Assembly (NCBI RefSeq): GCF_026571515.1
Contig: NW_026864529.1
Location: forward strand, 1 to 64,000
Reading direction: 5' to 3'
Origin: Ruditapes philippinarum
Lineage: Eukaryota
Length of the DNA stretch: 64,000 nucleotides
Made by a program: the position numbers and the translations under genes. Shown piece by piece: positions 25,154 to 37,900 of the stretch (position 1 is its first letter; the number at the start of each line of letters is the position of its first letter). The notes under the pieces were generated by a model. It worked only from the letters and a program-made list of their open reading frames with translations, ran no database searches and was not told the origin of the DNA.

Positions 25154-25316
25154 ATGTCCGTAAAGGTAGAAACAGTAATAGAGCGTAGCTGCTTGACAAT
25201 TGGTGAAGGACCACACTGGGATGAAAGAACTCAAACCTTGCTATACGTTGATATCAACGATGGTTCCGTGCACCGATGGTCACCTGAGACAGGAAAGGAT
25301 GATAAGCACAAATTTG
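25154..25316 (+). CDS. RGN: Regucalcin coding exon 1
   Basis: Acceptor ttgattttcAG at 25118 and ATG at 25154. Encodes MSVKVETVIERSCLTIGEGPHWDE...HKF. Donor g|gtacac at 25317. Confidence 0.93.
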
Positions 25317-27843
25317 GTACACTTTCTACTTTACTATGTTTTAAAAATTTCTTCTAAATATTAAGTATGTGAACTAATGAAAAGCAGAACCTTGAAGAAA
25401 AAAAGCAAAGACGGAAATGGTGCAGATTATAGACGGTAGTGGTAAGTGCAAGCCACTGCCAAGAACCTTGGTTTGTACTACTGTTTCAGTAGAAGTATGA
25501 TGCAATTTATTCAAAATGACATACTGTGAGTATATTCTATCTTGTTGATTTTATTCATATAGTTGATGGAGTCATAGGAAACTTATTCAAAATTTACTGT
25601 TTCGCATGTTTATCGTGTTTTCAGATACTTTTTGTACCCTAGTTGTACCACGTAAAAAAGGCGGCTATGTAGTCTCAGTGGGGCAATCGATTTGTCATTT
25701 TGACTGGGATACAAAAGAATTAAAAACTCTCGCAACGGTTGATGAGGGAAAAGATACCAGAATTAATGACGGAAAATGTGATGCCTCTGGACGATTGTGG
25801 TTTGGTATAATTGCCCTTTCTTAAATATGTGTATAATATTATTATATATCAATACGGTTTTTTTAAAAACCAGTTAAATGATAATGACAATACATCTAAC
25901 CGTTGTCAAAAAGTAGAATGGAAAGTACTAAATTAAATATGTTTGGTGCATTTAGACCACTGATGTCTGCAGTGAGTAAGTGGTAACATGTCACCGCGAA
26001 CATTTCAAAGTCGCATCAAGCTTGAATGTTTAGTTCTGCTTAAACCGGTGCTAGGGTCGAGGACGATATGTGGCAATTACTACTTCTGAACAGTATCAAT
26101 CAAACTGAGCTTGCAGCATTTTCAATATTATTGCCTTTTTAGGCGTTTTTCAGAGCTAAACCTAATTTTCCAGGAACAATGGGTTTAGAGAAAACTCCTG
26201 CTGTAGTTGAAAAGCATCAGGGGTCACTTTTCAGTCTTGAAGTCGATGGCTCAGTTAAGAAACACAAAGAAGGGGTCACAATTTCTAACGGTCTGGCATG
26301 GACGGCTGACAACAAAACCATGTATTATATAGATTCAATTCCACGAAAAGTATTTGGTTATGACTTTGATATAACAACAGGGACAATGAGTAAGTATGCC
26401 AATGTAAAACACTGGTATATTTTATTTAACGTTTTTTCATATTGGCATTTTATAATTTTATTAAGTAATATTCCTGTTGTCTTACAATTGTCGTGAATTA
26501 CCGTGCATATATATCTAAGAAGTCCAATGCCCATTTACAGCCCGGGCCCGCTTAACGAGAGCGGGCGTGGATGGTAACTTTCACTTTCCAGTACCGTCAA
26601 TGGACAGGCTCAATCAAACCAATTTTGTTTTGTTGGGCTTTCTTTAGGGATTCTGTTTTTCACTATTTTTATAATAAGTTCCTGAAAAGAGGAGATCCCT
26701 TACAAAAAAGAAAATTAACATTTTTTATCAATACAAAAATGATCTGTAGTTATAAATAGACACAAAGTGTTGCAGCATCGCTTTTCTTGTACAAAAGTTT
26801 TTTTGTATTTGCTTTTCGAATAAAGAGACCGGTGTCATAAGGCGCTTTACGCGGGAGCGCGACATTTATCATTTTCAAAACTTTACCAGGCCGTCATTAT
26901 GACTAAGTGTTTGATTCACTGAAGTATTGTCTAATTAATATTCATAATATTCTCTTTAAAAATGTCAGGTTGTAGACATTGTTTGTGAATTTTATACATA
27001 TATATATATTCAGGCAATGAACGTGTTGTAGTTGACCTTGGTGGCGAGGAAACTATGAAGACCCATGGATACCCTGATGGTATGACAATTGACACAGAGG
27101 GAAAGTTATGGGTTGCTTGTTTTTTCGCAGCAAAGATTTTTCGATTTGATCCAGAAACAGGTATTACTAATTATATTTTTCAATACGCATTCAGCAATGC
27201 TATTTTGTTATTCATTTAAGTCATTGCAATCCATTATATTTTCTTCTTTACCTTATCTTTATAACTATATTTTCTTTTACTTATGCAAGTCCATGGTAAC
27301 ATTTTCTTGCACCGCAATGCATTACAATATGTTATCAATAAAAACATCACATAAAATAGCCTGCAGATATTGTCAAGATTTTGAATTTTAAGATCTTATA
27401 CATGTACAGGGCATGACCACAAATATTTATTATTATGTTTACTGCACGTTTCTTGTCAGAAATTTGAATGAATAAAACTATTAAAATTATGCATCGGAAT
27501 AAAGATGACAATAAATTGGGATAAACATAGATAATACACAATGCATTGCTTATTGGCCAAACAAATCCTGTATTTTGTGTAATCACTAAATGTAAAAATC
27601 TTAGAAATATTGACACAATATTCATAACGTCTTTCAGGGAAAGAAATCGGTGCAATAAATGTTCCAGCTAAAAGAACAACGTCATGTTGTTTTGGCGGGA
27701 AGAACTTTGATGAGATGTATATAACATGTTCTATGTATGGTGTAACAGGAGATGAGTTGAAGGAAACGCCATTAGCAGGCTCGGTATTTCGTGCAACTGG
27801 TCACGGTGCCAAAGGAACGCCTGCACCTGTTTATGAAGGATGA
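25154..27843 (+). CDS. RGN: Regucalcin / senescence marker protein-30 (SMP-30/gluconolactonase family), spliced CDS join(25154..25316,25625..25804,26174..26389,27014..27160,27638..27843), 303 aa
   Basis: The exons of 163+180+216+147+206 nt sum to 912 nt. All four introns are GT-AG and phase 1, and the frame is open from ATG to TGA (27841-27843). Family motifs are present: IGEGPHWD, RINDGKCDASGRLWFGTM, ISNGLAW, MYYIDS, PDGMTIDTEGKLWVA, TTSCCFGG. Metal ligands equivalent to human SMP-30 E18, N154 and D204 are retained. Confidence 0.96.
25625..25804 (+). CDS. RGN: Regucalcin coding exon 2
   Basis: Acceptor gtgttttcAG. Encodes DTFCTLVVPRKKGG...RINDGKCDASGRLWF. Donor g|gtataa. Confidence 0.93.
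26174..26389 (+). CDS. RGN: Regucalcin coding exon 3
   Basis: Acceptor ctaattttccAG. Encodes GTMGLEK...ISNGLAW...TGTM over 216 nt. Donor a|gtaagt. Confidence 0.94.
27014..27160 (+). CDS. RGN: Regucalcin coding exon 4 (correct frame absent from the ORF track)
   Basis: Acceptor atattcAG. Encodes SNERVVVDLGGEETMKTHGYPDGMTIDTEGKLWVACFFAAKIFRFDPET. Donor g|gtatta. Confidence 0.94.
27638..27843 (+). CDS. RGN: Regucalcin coding exon 5 (absent from the ORF track)
   Basis: Acceptor gtctttcAG. Encodes GKEIGAINVPAKRTTSCCFGGKNFDEMYIT...PAPVYEG then stop. Confidence 0.94.
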
Positions 27844-27939
27844 CTTTGAAAGTAATTAAACGAAATCATCAGATATCATGTATTTAGGACAATGCACATT
27901 CACTTCAGATATAGAGTGTATCTTCAATTTTATGATGTG

Positions 27940-27945
27940 AATAAA
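27940..27945 (+). promoter_or_regulatory. Candidate polyadenylation signal for regucalcin
   Basis: AATAAA about 100 nt after the stop codon, with T-rich sequence downstream. Confidence 0.5.
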
Positions 27946-28599
27946 AAACCAATAATAATCATAATCATTTAAAATTGTTTCAGATTTCTTTTATTTCTTT
28001 TTAGTTGCGTCAATCTTTCAAGTAAGTGTAAATAGATGTCTAAATTATATTCATATCAAGAACTTTACGTCAGTGCCTGACTTTGTTCTCATTATTATGA
28101 TTAAGTTTTTAACACTTATTTGCTCATGTCTTACTAACGGTGTTTATTTATTTCCACTTTATTATTATTATTTTCATAACTTAATTTTCTTTAGTGGTCC
28201 TGTGTTGCTTGGTTGTGAGGGGGTTACGTTCATTTAACGCCGTCTTGTTTTTCATATTTTACTGGTTAATGCAACTAACCGGCTTTACTGGGAAACTAAC
28301 CACTTAGATTACAACATAACCGACTACTAACTCACAAGTTATCATTTCTGAATCATCGGTGACAGATAAATGACTGGATACTGAGAATGATATTCTCAGG
28401 ATACTTATCCGTATTGATTAGAAATATTCCAATATAAGTTTTTATTTGGGTTTCTTGACCTAATGATTGGATACTAACTAAATAAAAACGAAATAATTAA
28501 ATACAAATCAGCAATCTTATTGTATTCTTGAAATCATTCAAATTATATTCCAAGAACCAATTTAATATAAAAAAAACAAAATTAAACCAAATATCAATA

Positions 28600-29370
28600 T
28601 AAAATAGAGAAAATAGGAATCTCTAAAGAAATTCCAAAACGGCGAAATTAAAAATGTTGCAGACTCGGTTTAATTGAGCCTGTTCATGGACAGTACTGTC
28701 AAGGGCAAACAACTACTGCCCAGTCCCCCCCCCTCCCCCACCTTCGGCTTAGGTTAAGAATGAAATGGTAATTTTTTTTAATTTGAAAAACACCCGCAGA
28801 TGTGTTCATACGGCGGTTATCATGGAACCTTCAATGTGACACGTCCTTACCATTCCATGAAAAGCAGCGTATGGTCCCCAAGTAATAGAAATCGTGTAGC
28901 CTAAACAAGTGTACAATGGGCGGACTAAACACAATGGAATTTTGAAAGAGGATCAGAGGTTATGAAGCCTGCATATCACAGATAGGACGTCAAAACACAA
29001 AATTAAAAAGCAGGCAACATATCATAAGGATTTCAACATTATTCGAGAAGGAATATTGGAACCACCCAACTAGAAAATGCCTTAAGTAATAGTTAAAGCT
29101 AAAAATATCACAAACACAACAAAAATGTCGTGCTGAACGATCTTTGAGGATCTTTGAGGATCAGAAATATAACATCTGTGATTTAATATGTACGGGGCGA
29201 CTTTTTATTAACTCCACACGGCACAAACAAAGCTGATGTGGTGACAAAACAGAGAAAATAAGAATCCCTACGGCAAAATTTGAAAATTTTGCAGGCTCGG
29301 TTTCATTGAGCCTGTTCATAGACGGTAGTGTCAAGTGCAATTTACCGTCCACTCCCCCCTAGCACCGTAG
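28600..29370 (+). repeat. Copy of the twin-hairpin repeat family with the motif repeated at both ends
   Basis: Colinear with 983-1485 (cgcagatgtgttcatacggcggttatcatg...gaggttatgaagcctgcatatcac...gtcgtgctgaacgatctt). The hairpin motif occurs at about 28657 and again at about 29290. Confidence 0.85.
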
Positions 29371-29554
29371 GTAAACCTATGCTTCTTTCTCATTTTTTCG
29401 AAAAGTAAAATTCTTAAATTATCAAAAATAAATTGTTCATTATTCATTATCCCTATCCATATTACATCCTAAATACCAGATATCTGAGATTTCTGTGTAC
29501 TAGTAGCTATAAACTTATCAGTTACTAATTATTTCTTCTTAATATGTATGATTT

Positions 29555-29710
29555 TAGTGCTTAACCTGCCCATGCTCTGGCTTGTGCCCTGTCCTGTTTT
29601 TGTTTGGGGTCCTCCTGGGCTCCTTGCCACTGGCTTTTGTTGGTGGATGTGTGGAGGCAACGTTCATTGAACGCCGCCTTTCCTTGTTGATCTTGTTTAT
29701 CATATTTTAA
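29555..29710 (+). mobile_element. SINE 3' fragment (related pieces at 23820-23870, 28200-28260, 32765-32880)
   Basis: ctgtcctgtttttgtttggggtcc...ttcattgaacgccgcctttccttgttgatcttgtttatcatatttt is the reverse complement of 6530-6650. Confidence 0.6.
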
Positions 29711-30014
29711 CTTCTACGGTTCAATCCAATATACCTCAAATCAACCGTTGAAACGAGAGGTCTTACTGAAACAAACAGAACATTTTAGTAACAGCTATCT
29801 GAGATTTCTGTGTACAAAAAAGAATGTTACAATCATTACGATCCGACTCTTATAATTACATAACAAAAATGGCATAAGCCTGTCAGGTCACTGTATCCAT
29901 ATTTGTCCTTTTCACTTCTATGACCAATCATTACAGGCTCATTTTGCCACTAACTCCATCAGAAGTTAAATTGCGCATTTTGTAACATGGTAGTTAAAAA
30001 TTAATGCACGTGTC

Positions 30015-30675
30015 AATAGGATACGGATGCCCGCCATATAAAATTTTACCGTCAACAAGAGGAATCATAAAAAGGATGTTGCGCTTCTCATTGTCGGACT
30101 GCTGAAAGTCAAATTTTTTTTAACAATTCATCAAGTAACTACAAAAGTCATTAGCCGAACGAGACTTCTAAGGACCTTTAAGTATAACCTTGACCTTTAA
30201 GATGCGGAGGAATTCTTTTCACCCAACTTACCGTCTACTTATGGCGATCATATTCACAATTTTTATCAGAATACTGATTTAAATGCCATGCAGTGATATT
30301 GAACTTTAAGCTAAAGGACTTGGACGGCATTTTGAACAAATTTATTTTAAAATCCAGTTATGAATATAGACGAATGGACTTTTCACCCCAATTTAACTGT
30401 TTTGATGTTTTTTGGAGGATTTCTTCTTTTAAAGATTCTATACACGAACTTTAACTGCGCCTAAGACTTCATGACGTATACATTTAGTTCAACCCCCTTT
30501 GTGACCTTGACCTATGAACTAGAAAGACGGGAAGTCTTTTATCGATACATCATCTGCTTATTATGATGTGGCGTTGTTTTCTATTATTATAATGAGGTTG
30601 CTTTGATTTTCTTATTTATGTTTGAATCACAGGAAGAGTCAAACTAATCCCACAATTTGTGGCGGAGCATAAAAA
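30015..30675 (-). mobile_element. Degenerate HINE-like element
   Basis: The minus-strand start is tttttatgctccgccacaaattgtgg, and gaccttgacct motifs lie internally. Confidence 0.4.
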
Positions 30676-33363
30676 TATTACTATCGCATGATTTATCATG
30701 ATTCACAGAACATGTATATGGATATAATGTGAAAGAATGATATACTTATTCGTATGTCTACACACTTTTAAACGTGTTCATTATTGAGAATGTAAAGAGA
30801 CATATCTCAGTATCTCTAAGGCTGACAATAACATCTTTTTTTGTTAACCCGCTCTATTTCTTTCGTTTATTCACCTTCTCTCAAATTAAATGTCAGAATG
30901 TAATACATTCATCAGGCCAGAAGTTATTCGGTGTATATTCTTGATTGTGTTTAATCATGTCAAACGGTCATTCAGTTTGGCTTCTAATTAAACCTTCTGA
31001 ATTATACCTTTATTATTGGAACATTGGTAACCTGGGTCCTTTTAGGATAATTAAAAATATATATGCCTTAGCAACATTGCCGCAGACAGGATTCCATTGT
31101 GAAGTATCAGAAAAAAATCAAAAGCAAAGAAAATGATTATTCACTTATCATTTAAACAAAGGTTTGTACTCATTTTGTAAGAAAATAATGACGGTCCCTA
31201 TTTCTCAATACGTTGTATTTGCTTTAACTTAAAAATCAACTTCAGGAAAGCATTGTCAAAGTTTCTATTGAAAGGTAGACAAGCTTCGTTATAAAAAGAA
31301 TAAACCTATACAAAATTGCATAAGATAACCTCATTAGGATGCAATGATCATGTCTTAATTTCGATCATTACTGCTATAATTGATACTAGAAGATAGTTGT
31401 ATGGGTCATACGCTGAACAAATAAAAGACAGTCCCCAAGAGAACTAACAAATAACTTCCTTAAGTATACTTACAATTAATTGAAGTGATATTCTGGTGGT
31501 ACTTTATAACCTTGTCCAATATGGTTTCTTCGGTAGAATATTCCTGTTAAACATTTTTAGATATTTTGAACTGTTTTTTTTTATACCAATAAACTCAGTC
31601 AAGCACGGTCAAATAAAACGAAAAGGATATTAGGGTGTTGGAGGCAATGCTCTCGGAGGTCCTGAAACACGACATAAACAAAGCTGTTTTACAAACACCA
31701 CTAAAAACGCAATTGTTGTGTACATAATACATAATTAAGTCCATAAAATTTATTCTATTTTCTTAGGAACATAGCTATAGTTCCATTATTTCTATGGGTA
31801 AGGACAATACATTATTACACACATACTTTTTGTTAATTGATTCTTCCTTATTTTACATGATAAAGTTGAGTATTTAGTAATAATGTAATATATATATTGA
31901 ATTTGTACACTGACTCTACTTTTTTCACTATGTCTCTTTTAAGCTTTTAAATATCTAAAGTGGGATGAACTGGGCATGTTGTATAAAACAAACTTTACCG
32001 GGTATTTTATTATATTTTTATCATGTGAATGATATACTTAAAGTTATATACATAATAAATTAGCATTATTAAATATGTCACATTTCATATTAAAAGGGAA
32101 ACTCAAAACAATAATTTATCTGAAGAAATGTCCGGTACAATATCTCTGAAATTCAGACTAACTTTAGATTCAGTATCATTGAACTATACATTTTGTAGGA
32201 CATATTAGCACTACCTTAGAAAATGTAGTGTCATTATAGATACAAATTATACTTGGACGTTTATTCCGTGTATTGTTTATTGTTTTTGTTTTTTTGTGTG
32301 TTTTGTGTGTGTTTTTTGTTGTTGTTTTTTTCGTAGCAAGAAACTGCCGTGGATTCTTAATGCATTTCTCAATCGATTGCGATGACATTGACATTCTGAT
32401 AATGATATTGTCAGTCGGCTTGTTTTTATAAGCAAATGCATTGTTTTATTTTAATTTATTGATATTTACTGTCTTGTGCACTTTTATACAGAAACAGATG
32501 TTATATGCGGCTCACAAATTAACCTAGCGTAATTTAAACAGGTGTTTACACGTACTGATCGATAAAATTTATTCAACGCTTAAATTATTCCCAATTCTAT
32601 GCAAATTCTCAAATTATTTCAACACATAAATATATAGCTTGCATTATATATTAAATCAGCCTTATATAAGTTTCAAACAACTTTCAATACTTAAAATTAA
32701 AAAAACATACTTTACAGAGCAGCACACATATATTTTATTATTTAGATTTTATGTATCATTTAGGTGATTAGCCTGTCCATGTTCTGCCTTGCGCCCTGTA
32801 CTGTTTTTGTTTGGGGTCGTCCTGAGTCGTTCATTGAACGCCGCCTGTCCTTGTTAATCTTGTTTATTATATTTTATACTTGAATTATGCTGAAGTGGGT
32901 GGGAATTCATTTATTTATAATATAATATGTGCAACATTTATTATATCAACTTTATTGAATTTTAAATGATTTTATAAGTTTATACATAATTATTTTATAT
33001 CTCAGAATAATACAGTTAACAATATACACAAAGCAAATTTGAAAAAATAGGATTAGAAGGCGAAGTGTCTTATGAAATTATTTTCCTAAATGAGTAGATA
33101 TAAAATCAGCGCTTAAATCATAACATATGCAATTTTAAAAAAAATTGAGACGATGAAAGTTTATATTAGAAATAAAGCTGTTATCGAGTTGTGAAAAATC
33201 GTGTACACTCGAGAAAGAAATAAAAATAAATTTATGTTTCGCCACAAAGACAAAATGCGATTTAGATATGTTTTGTTTTTAAACAAATCGTAGTTGAAAG
33301 ATCCACACTTTGTTCAAAGTCTTCTATGGAGAAATTTTGAAGATTTTTTTCTTTTACCAGAAT

Positions 33364-33765
33364 TGTTATGCCCCAACAAAGTGAGAGCATATAGCGTTGT
33401 ACTTGTCCGTCCGTACGTCTGTCCGTACGTCCCGAAATCTTGTGAACGCAACTCCTCTTAAACTGGATTGAAGATTTTGCTTAAACTTCCAGGGATGAAC
33501 AACCCTAATGTGTAGATGGTAGTAAGGGCAGGAATTTTTGCTGCGACCAAATTTAAGAGAATTATGGCCATTTGTTGATTTTTTCACTATATACTATGTA
33601 GAAATTTTGTGAACGTAACTCCTCTTAAACCGGATGGCAGATTTTGCTTAAACTTCCAGGGATGAACAACTTTAATGTGTAGATGGCAGTAAAGAAAGGA
33701 AATTTTGCTGCGCCCAAATTTAAGAGAATTATGGCCCTTTGTTGATTTTTTCACTATATACCATT
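33364..33765 (+). mobile_element. HINE/DINE-1-like element, 3' truncated
   Basis: ttatgcccc...gcatatagcgtt is followed by a (gtcc)n tract and two tandem units of about 170 bp (tgtgaacgcaactcctcttaaac...ttcactatata). Confidence 0.75.
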
Positions 33766-34979
33766 GAGTAGGATTGCATGTCTATTGAGTCTTTCAATGA
33801 AAATGTATCTCTTTTAGATTTTATCATGCAGAGTGAGTCTTAATAAACTTATCTTCCTACAAAGACAACGTTTATGAAAGCCGAATCTTTTTAGCCGGAT
33901 TGAAGAAAAATAACACACAATTTTATTAAGTCTTACTAAGCATGTTTGAAACATTGAAAACAAAATAGAAAACATATGGCTCAGAATTTAATTTTGCATA
34001 TCAAATATTCACTTAAAAGCATAAACATTATTTAATTATATACTTATGAATTAAATATGGAGAAATATTCATGAAATAAAATGCGTATTTTAATTTTCCG
34101 TATTTTCAATGTAAAAAAATAACTTTTCACTGTAGTGAAACATATTTTCCGTATTTTCACTGGTGTCTTGACGGACTACTTTCTTCTAAATTCTGCCAGT
34201 ACACAAAATTTAAGGCAAGGTTTCCAAAGTTTATTCAATAAATACAGGATTTATTTTCATCTTTTGGTATTAAAATTATGTTATTTCACTCGTGGCTATG
34301 ACCACTCAAGAAATATTTATTTTCGTACCACTCGATGTAAATACAAAATAGAAAAAAAACATGCATATCCTCAATATTATTTATACTTTATACAAATATA
34401 TAATTTATATGATAAGTTTTAAGTCACACTTAATGTCATCATTCATAGAAGCTGATTAACTAAGATAACAGGAACATTAAGTCCTAATATTTGTTTAAAT
34501 AACTGAATGACCTTACGAACACATGATGATTACTAACCGGAATACATCATGGGAGTGAAATAACTAAAATAAACTGATATGCTTACAAACCCAATGCTCA
34601 ATACTCATAAATAATATGAGTTAAGGGTTACTTCTTTAATTCAAATAAATTGTTTTAAGTATAAAATATTTTGATGTCAGTTCTACATGTTATCATTGAT
34701 TGTGTAAAACGAGAATATATATCTAACATACAAAATATGAGCAATTCAGCAGAGTAGTAGTGTTAAATAATCTGGGTGAAGTAGAACAATTTACCCAGTA
34801 ACCTTATTTATTTAGTAATTAAACATAGTCATTCATTTCAATGTTAAATTAAAATAAACAATTCCCATATATATCATGTATGTATTGTCAATTGAATACC
34901 CTTATAATGCATAAAGCAGATATAGGAAAACATGTATATATATTAGTAGTGCTATGAACATTTAGAATTTTTCTTTCAG

Positions 34980-37900
34980 CCTGATTGTTTCAATGTCGCT
35001 TAAAATGATTGTTGTATCATCGAGCAAACCAATAACATCATTAATCTACATCATTCAAATTCTGTTGCTGCAATCTATGGCAAAGCTTATTTATTTGAGA
35101 GATGGCGAACCTTTTCTTCTGTTTCTGCAACTTCCAGTTTTTCTTTTTTAACTTTCCGGATGCATGTACTTTGTTCAGAAATTATCAAAGTATTGGAAGT
35201 TCTTTTGCAAGATATAGTTTATGAGCTTTCAGAAATATTTTCATAAAATTCTAGCTGTATCAAAGTGCGCGGCCGTGATAAAATATATCACAAATTGGAT
35301 ACATTATTGTAAAAAGATAAAATGCTAAACAGTCTTTGACTAGGACATCTAAGGCCACGTCTAAAGCTAGACTAAGTCATGTTTCTTACATCATGTACAT
35401 GTCACATTTAGATAAGCTAAATAAATGGCCCTTTCAATATATGATCAGGCACAAATTTTACTAAAGTGTCTTATTAAGATTGCCCAGGATTTAAACCCTT
35501 GTCTTTGAAATACTATCATGTTTCTGTAAAATGTTTGACTAAAAAAGCGGGAAATGATGCAATTAGCTTAAAACAATGGAGTAAATGAAATGTGTTAATT
35601 CTTTTAAAATAGATGGAAATTGTGAGACAAAGGTATATTTTGAGCTTATAAATTGATGCAATTTTTTATGTGTATATAGAATCCCAAGTTGGTTTCAGAA
35701 AAAAACATGAGCACTATTGATAATGTTTTTATATTACATGGTATTATAACACATTTATTAGATAATAATAAAAAGTTGTATGCTGTTTTTGTAGATTTTA
35801 CTAAAGCTTTTGATTATTTGGTAAGATATGTTATTTGGTATTATTTAATTCAATTTGGAGTGAGAGGTAAAATGTTAGATATTATTAGGTCCATGTATGA
35901 GAATGTAAGATCAAGAGTAAAATACTAGTAAGAATTTGTATGTTACTTGGGAGTGAGACAAGCGAATCCCTTTCGCCGTTTTTATTTTCTATGTATTTAA
36001 ATGATATAGAAGAATATTTTATGTTAAATGGTTTTGAAGGTATTGACTTAGGTATTTTAAAGATATTTTTATTATTGTATGCAGATGATATAGTGTTTAT
36101 GTCTGAAACAGAGGATGGCTTACAAAAGGATTAAGATTATTAAAAATATATTGTGATGGATGGAAATTAAGTGTTAACTGTACAAAGACAAAGGTTTTGA
36201 TTTTTAAAAGACGGGGTAGACTTAGACAGAATTTGATTTTTTATTATAAAGGTCAGTCAATTGAAATAGTTAAAAAGTTTACATATCTAGGCATTTTATT
36301 CCTGTTGGCGGATCTTTTAATATGATTTTTGAAACACTCTCTGGACAAGCATTGAAGGCATTGTATAAATTTGAAAAAGATCTGATAAGATTCCCTTGTA
36401 TGTCAGTTAAACATAAATTGGATTTATTTGATAAACTTATTTTATCAATTCTTAACTATGGATCACAAATATGGGGTTTACTTAACAGTCATGTATTAGA
36501 AAATATACATTTAAAGTATTGTAAAAAAGTTGTTAGGAGTTAAAAGACAAACACAAAACAATTTTATCTATGGTGAACTTGGAAGGACATCTTTAAAAAC
36601 AATGAGAGCTATTTATGTTATGAAATACTGGTTAAAAGTTGTTCAGTCCAGTAGTACAAAAAAATGTCAAAGTTGTATAATATTATGATCTTATGTGTAG
36701 AGATTTAGAACTTAAACCAAATTCAATGTCCTGGGCTAAGTCTGTTATGATTTTGTTACAATATTTATGTTTTAATGAAGTATGGATTAATCAGGGCGTC
36801 AGTGACATAACTTTATTTTTAGCAATAGTAAAACAAAGATTAACAGATACATTTATACAAAATTGGTATGCAACTTTAAGAAATTCATCAAGAGCAAGAA
36901 AGTATGTATTATTTTGTGATTTTGGTTTCAAATCATATCTGTCAATGGTTAATATTGAAAAATATAGGAACTCTTTATCACGTTTCAGGACTTCTTCGCA
37001 TAGATTAAAAGTAGAAACTGGTAGATGGTATAAACCTGAAGCAATTCCTTATAATGAAAGAACATGTAATATTTGCTTAAAACTAGAAAATGAATTTCAT
37101 GTATTATTAGAATGTCCACAATACAATGTTTTGAGAAAACAGCTCATAGATAAATATTATTGGAAAAAAAAACAAATATACCAAAATTTGTTGAATTGTT
37201 AACATCTCAAAATGAAAATGTTATAAGAAAATTATCAATGTTTATCTTTAAAATCTTTGAATTAAGAACAAATGTTGAATATTCGTAAATTATAATACCT
37301 AGGAAGGTAAATGTAATATTGCTTAATTGATATCATTATGCAAAACTTGTGCTTCATTTAAACCTTGCTGTAATATGATTATGCCGTTCATATTAAAGCA
37401 AACTTATGTCTCAAATAAAAAATTAATTTTAAATATATGTTATATATGCTAAATGACCTTGATATTATGTTTCTGTACGTATGTATGTATGTTTGTTTGT
37501 ATACATGCTGTGTGCTCATGGGTATAATACCCACATGTATTTGGAATAAAATCTTGAAATCTTTATTTGATGACAGTTATTCACTAAATGTCATTAAAAT
37601 TCCCTATTGATTATACATTTGAAAAACGGATTTTTTTCTTTGCTCTTCTGTGTATCAGTGTATTGATCTGTTCCTTTGACCAAATAGATTATAAATATTT
37701 ACTGAAATTTATAGGTCATAAACACTGAATCAGTAACAAAAAAGTGAGAAAATAATAAAAAACAACACTATCACCCCTTCTGTGTCAAACCGGTGTTATC
37801 AGTGTCTTGACAGCCAAAAAATGTGAAGAAACATAGGACGTGTTCTAATTTTCTTGCAAGGATTTATCAATCGTCACATAATTTGTCTTTAAAAATCATT

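Noticed and set aside
25154-27655. ORFs 25154..25357, 25606..25824, 26179..26496, 27089..27391 and 27347..27655 as separate genes
   Set aside because: The first three are regucalcin exons reading through into introns; the last two are wrong-frame or intronic.
33366-33587. 73-aa ORF containing RTDVRTD
   Set aside because: It is the antisense translation of the (gtcc)n tract and repeat unit of a HINE.
35689-37202. Functional reverse transcriptase, retron or other RT-based system
   Set aside because: The ORF is 5'-truncated with several frameshifts and stops, has a LINE-type C-terminus and tail, and its empty site is visible in the paralogous unit.
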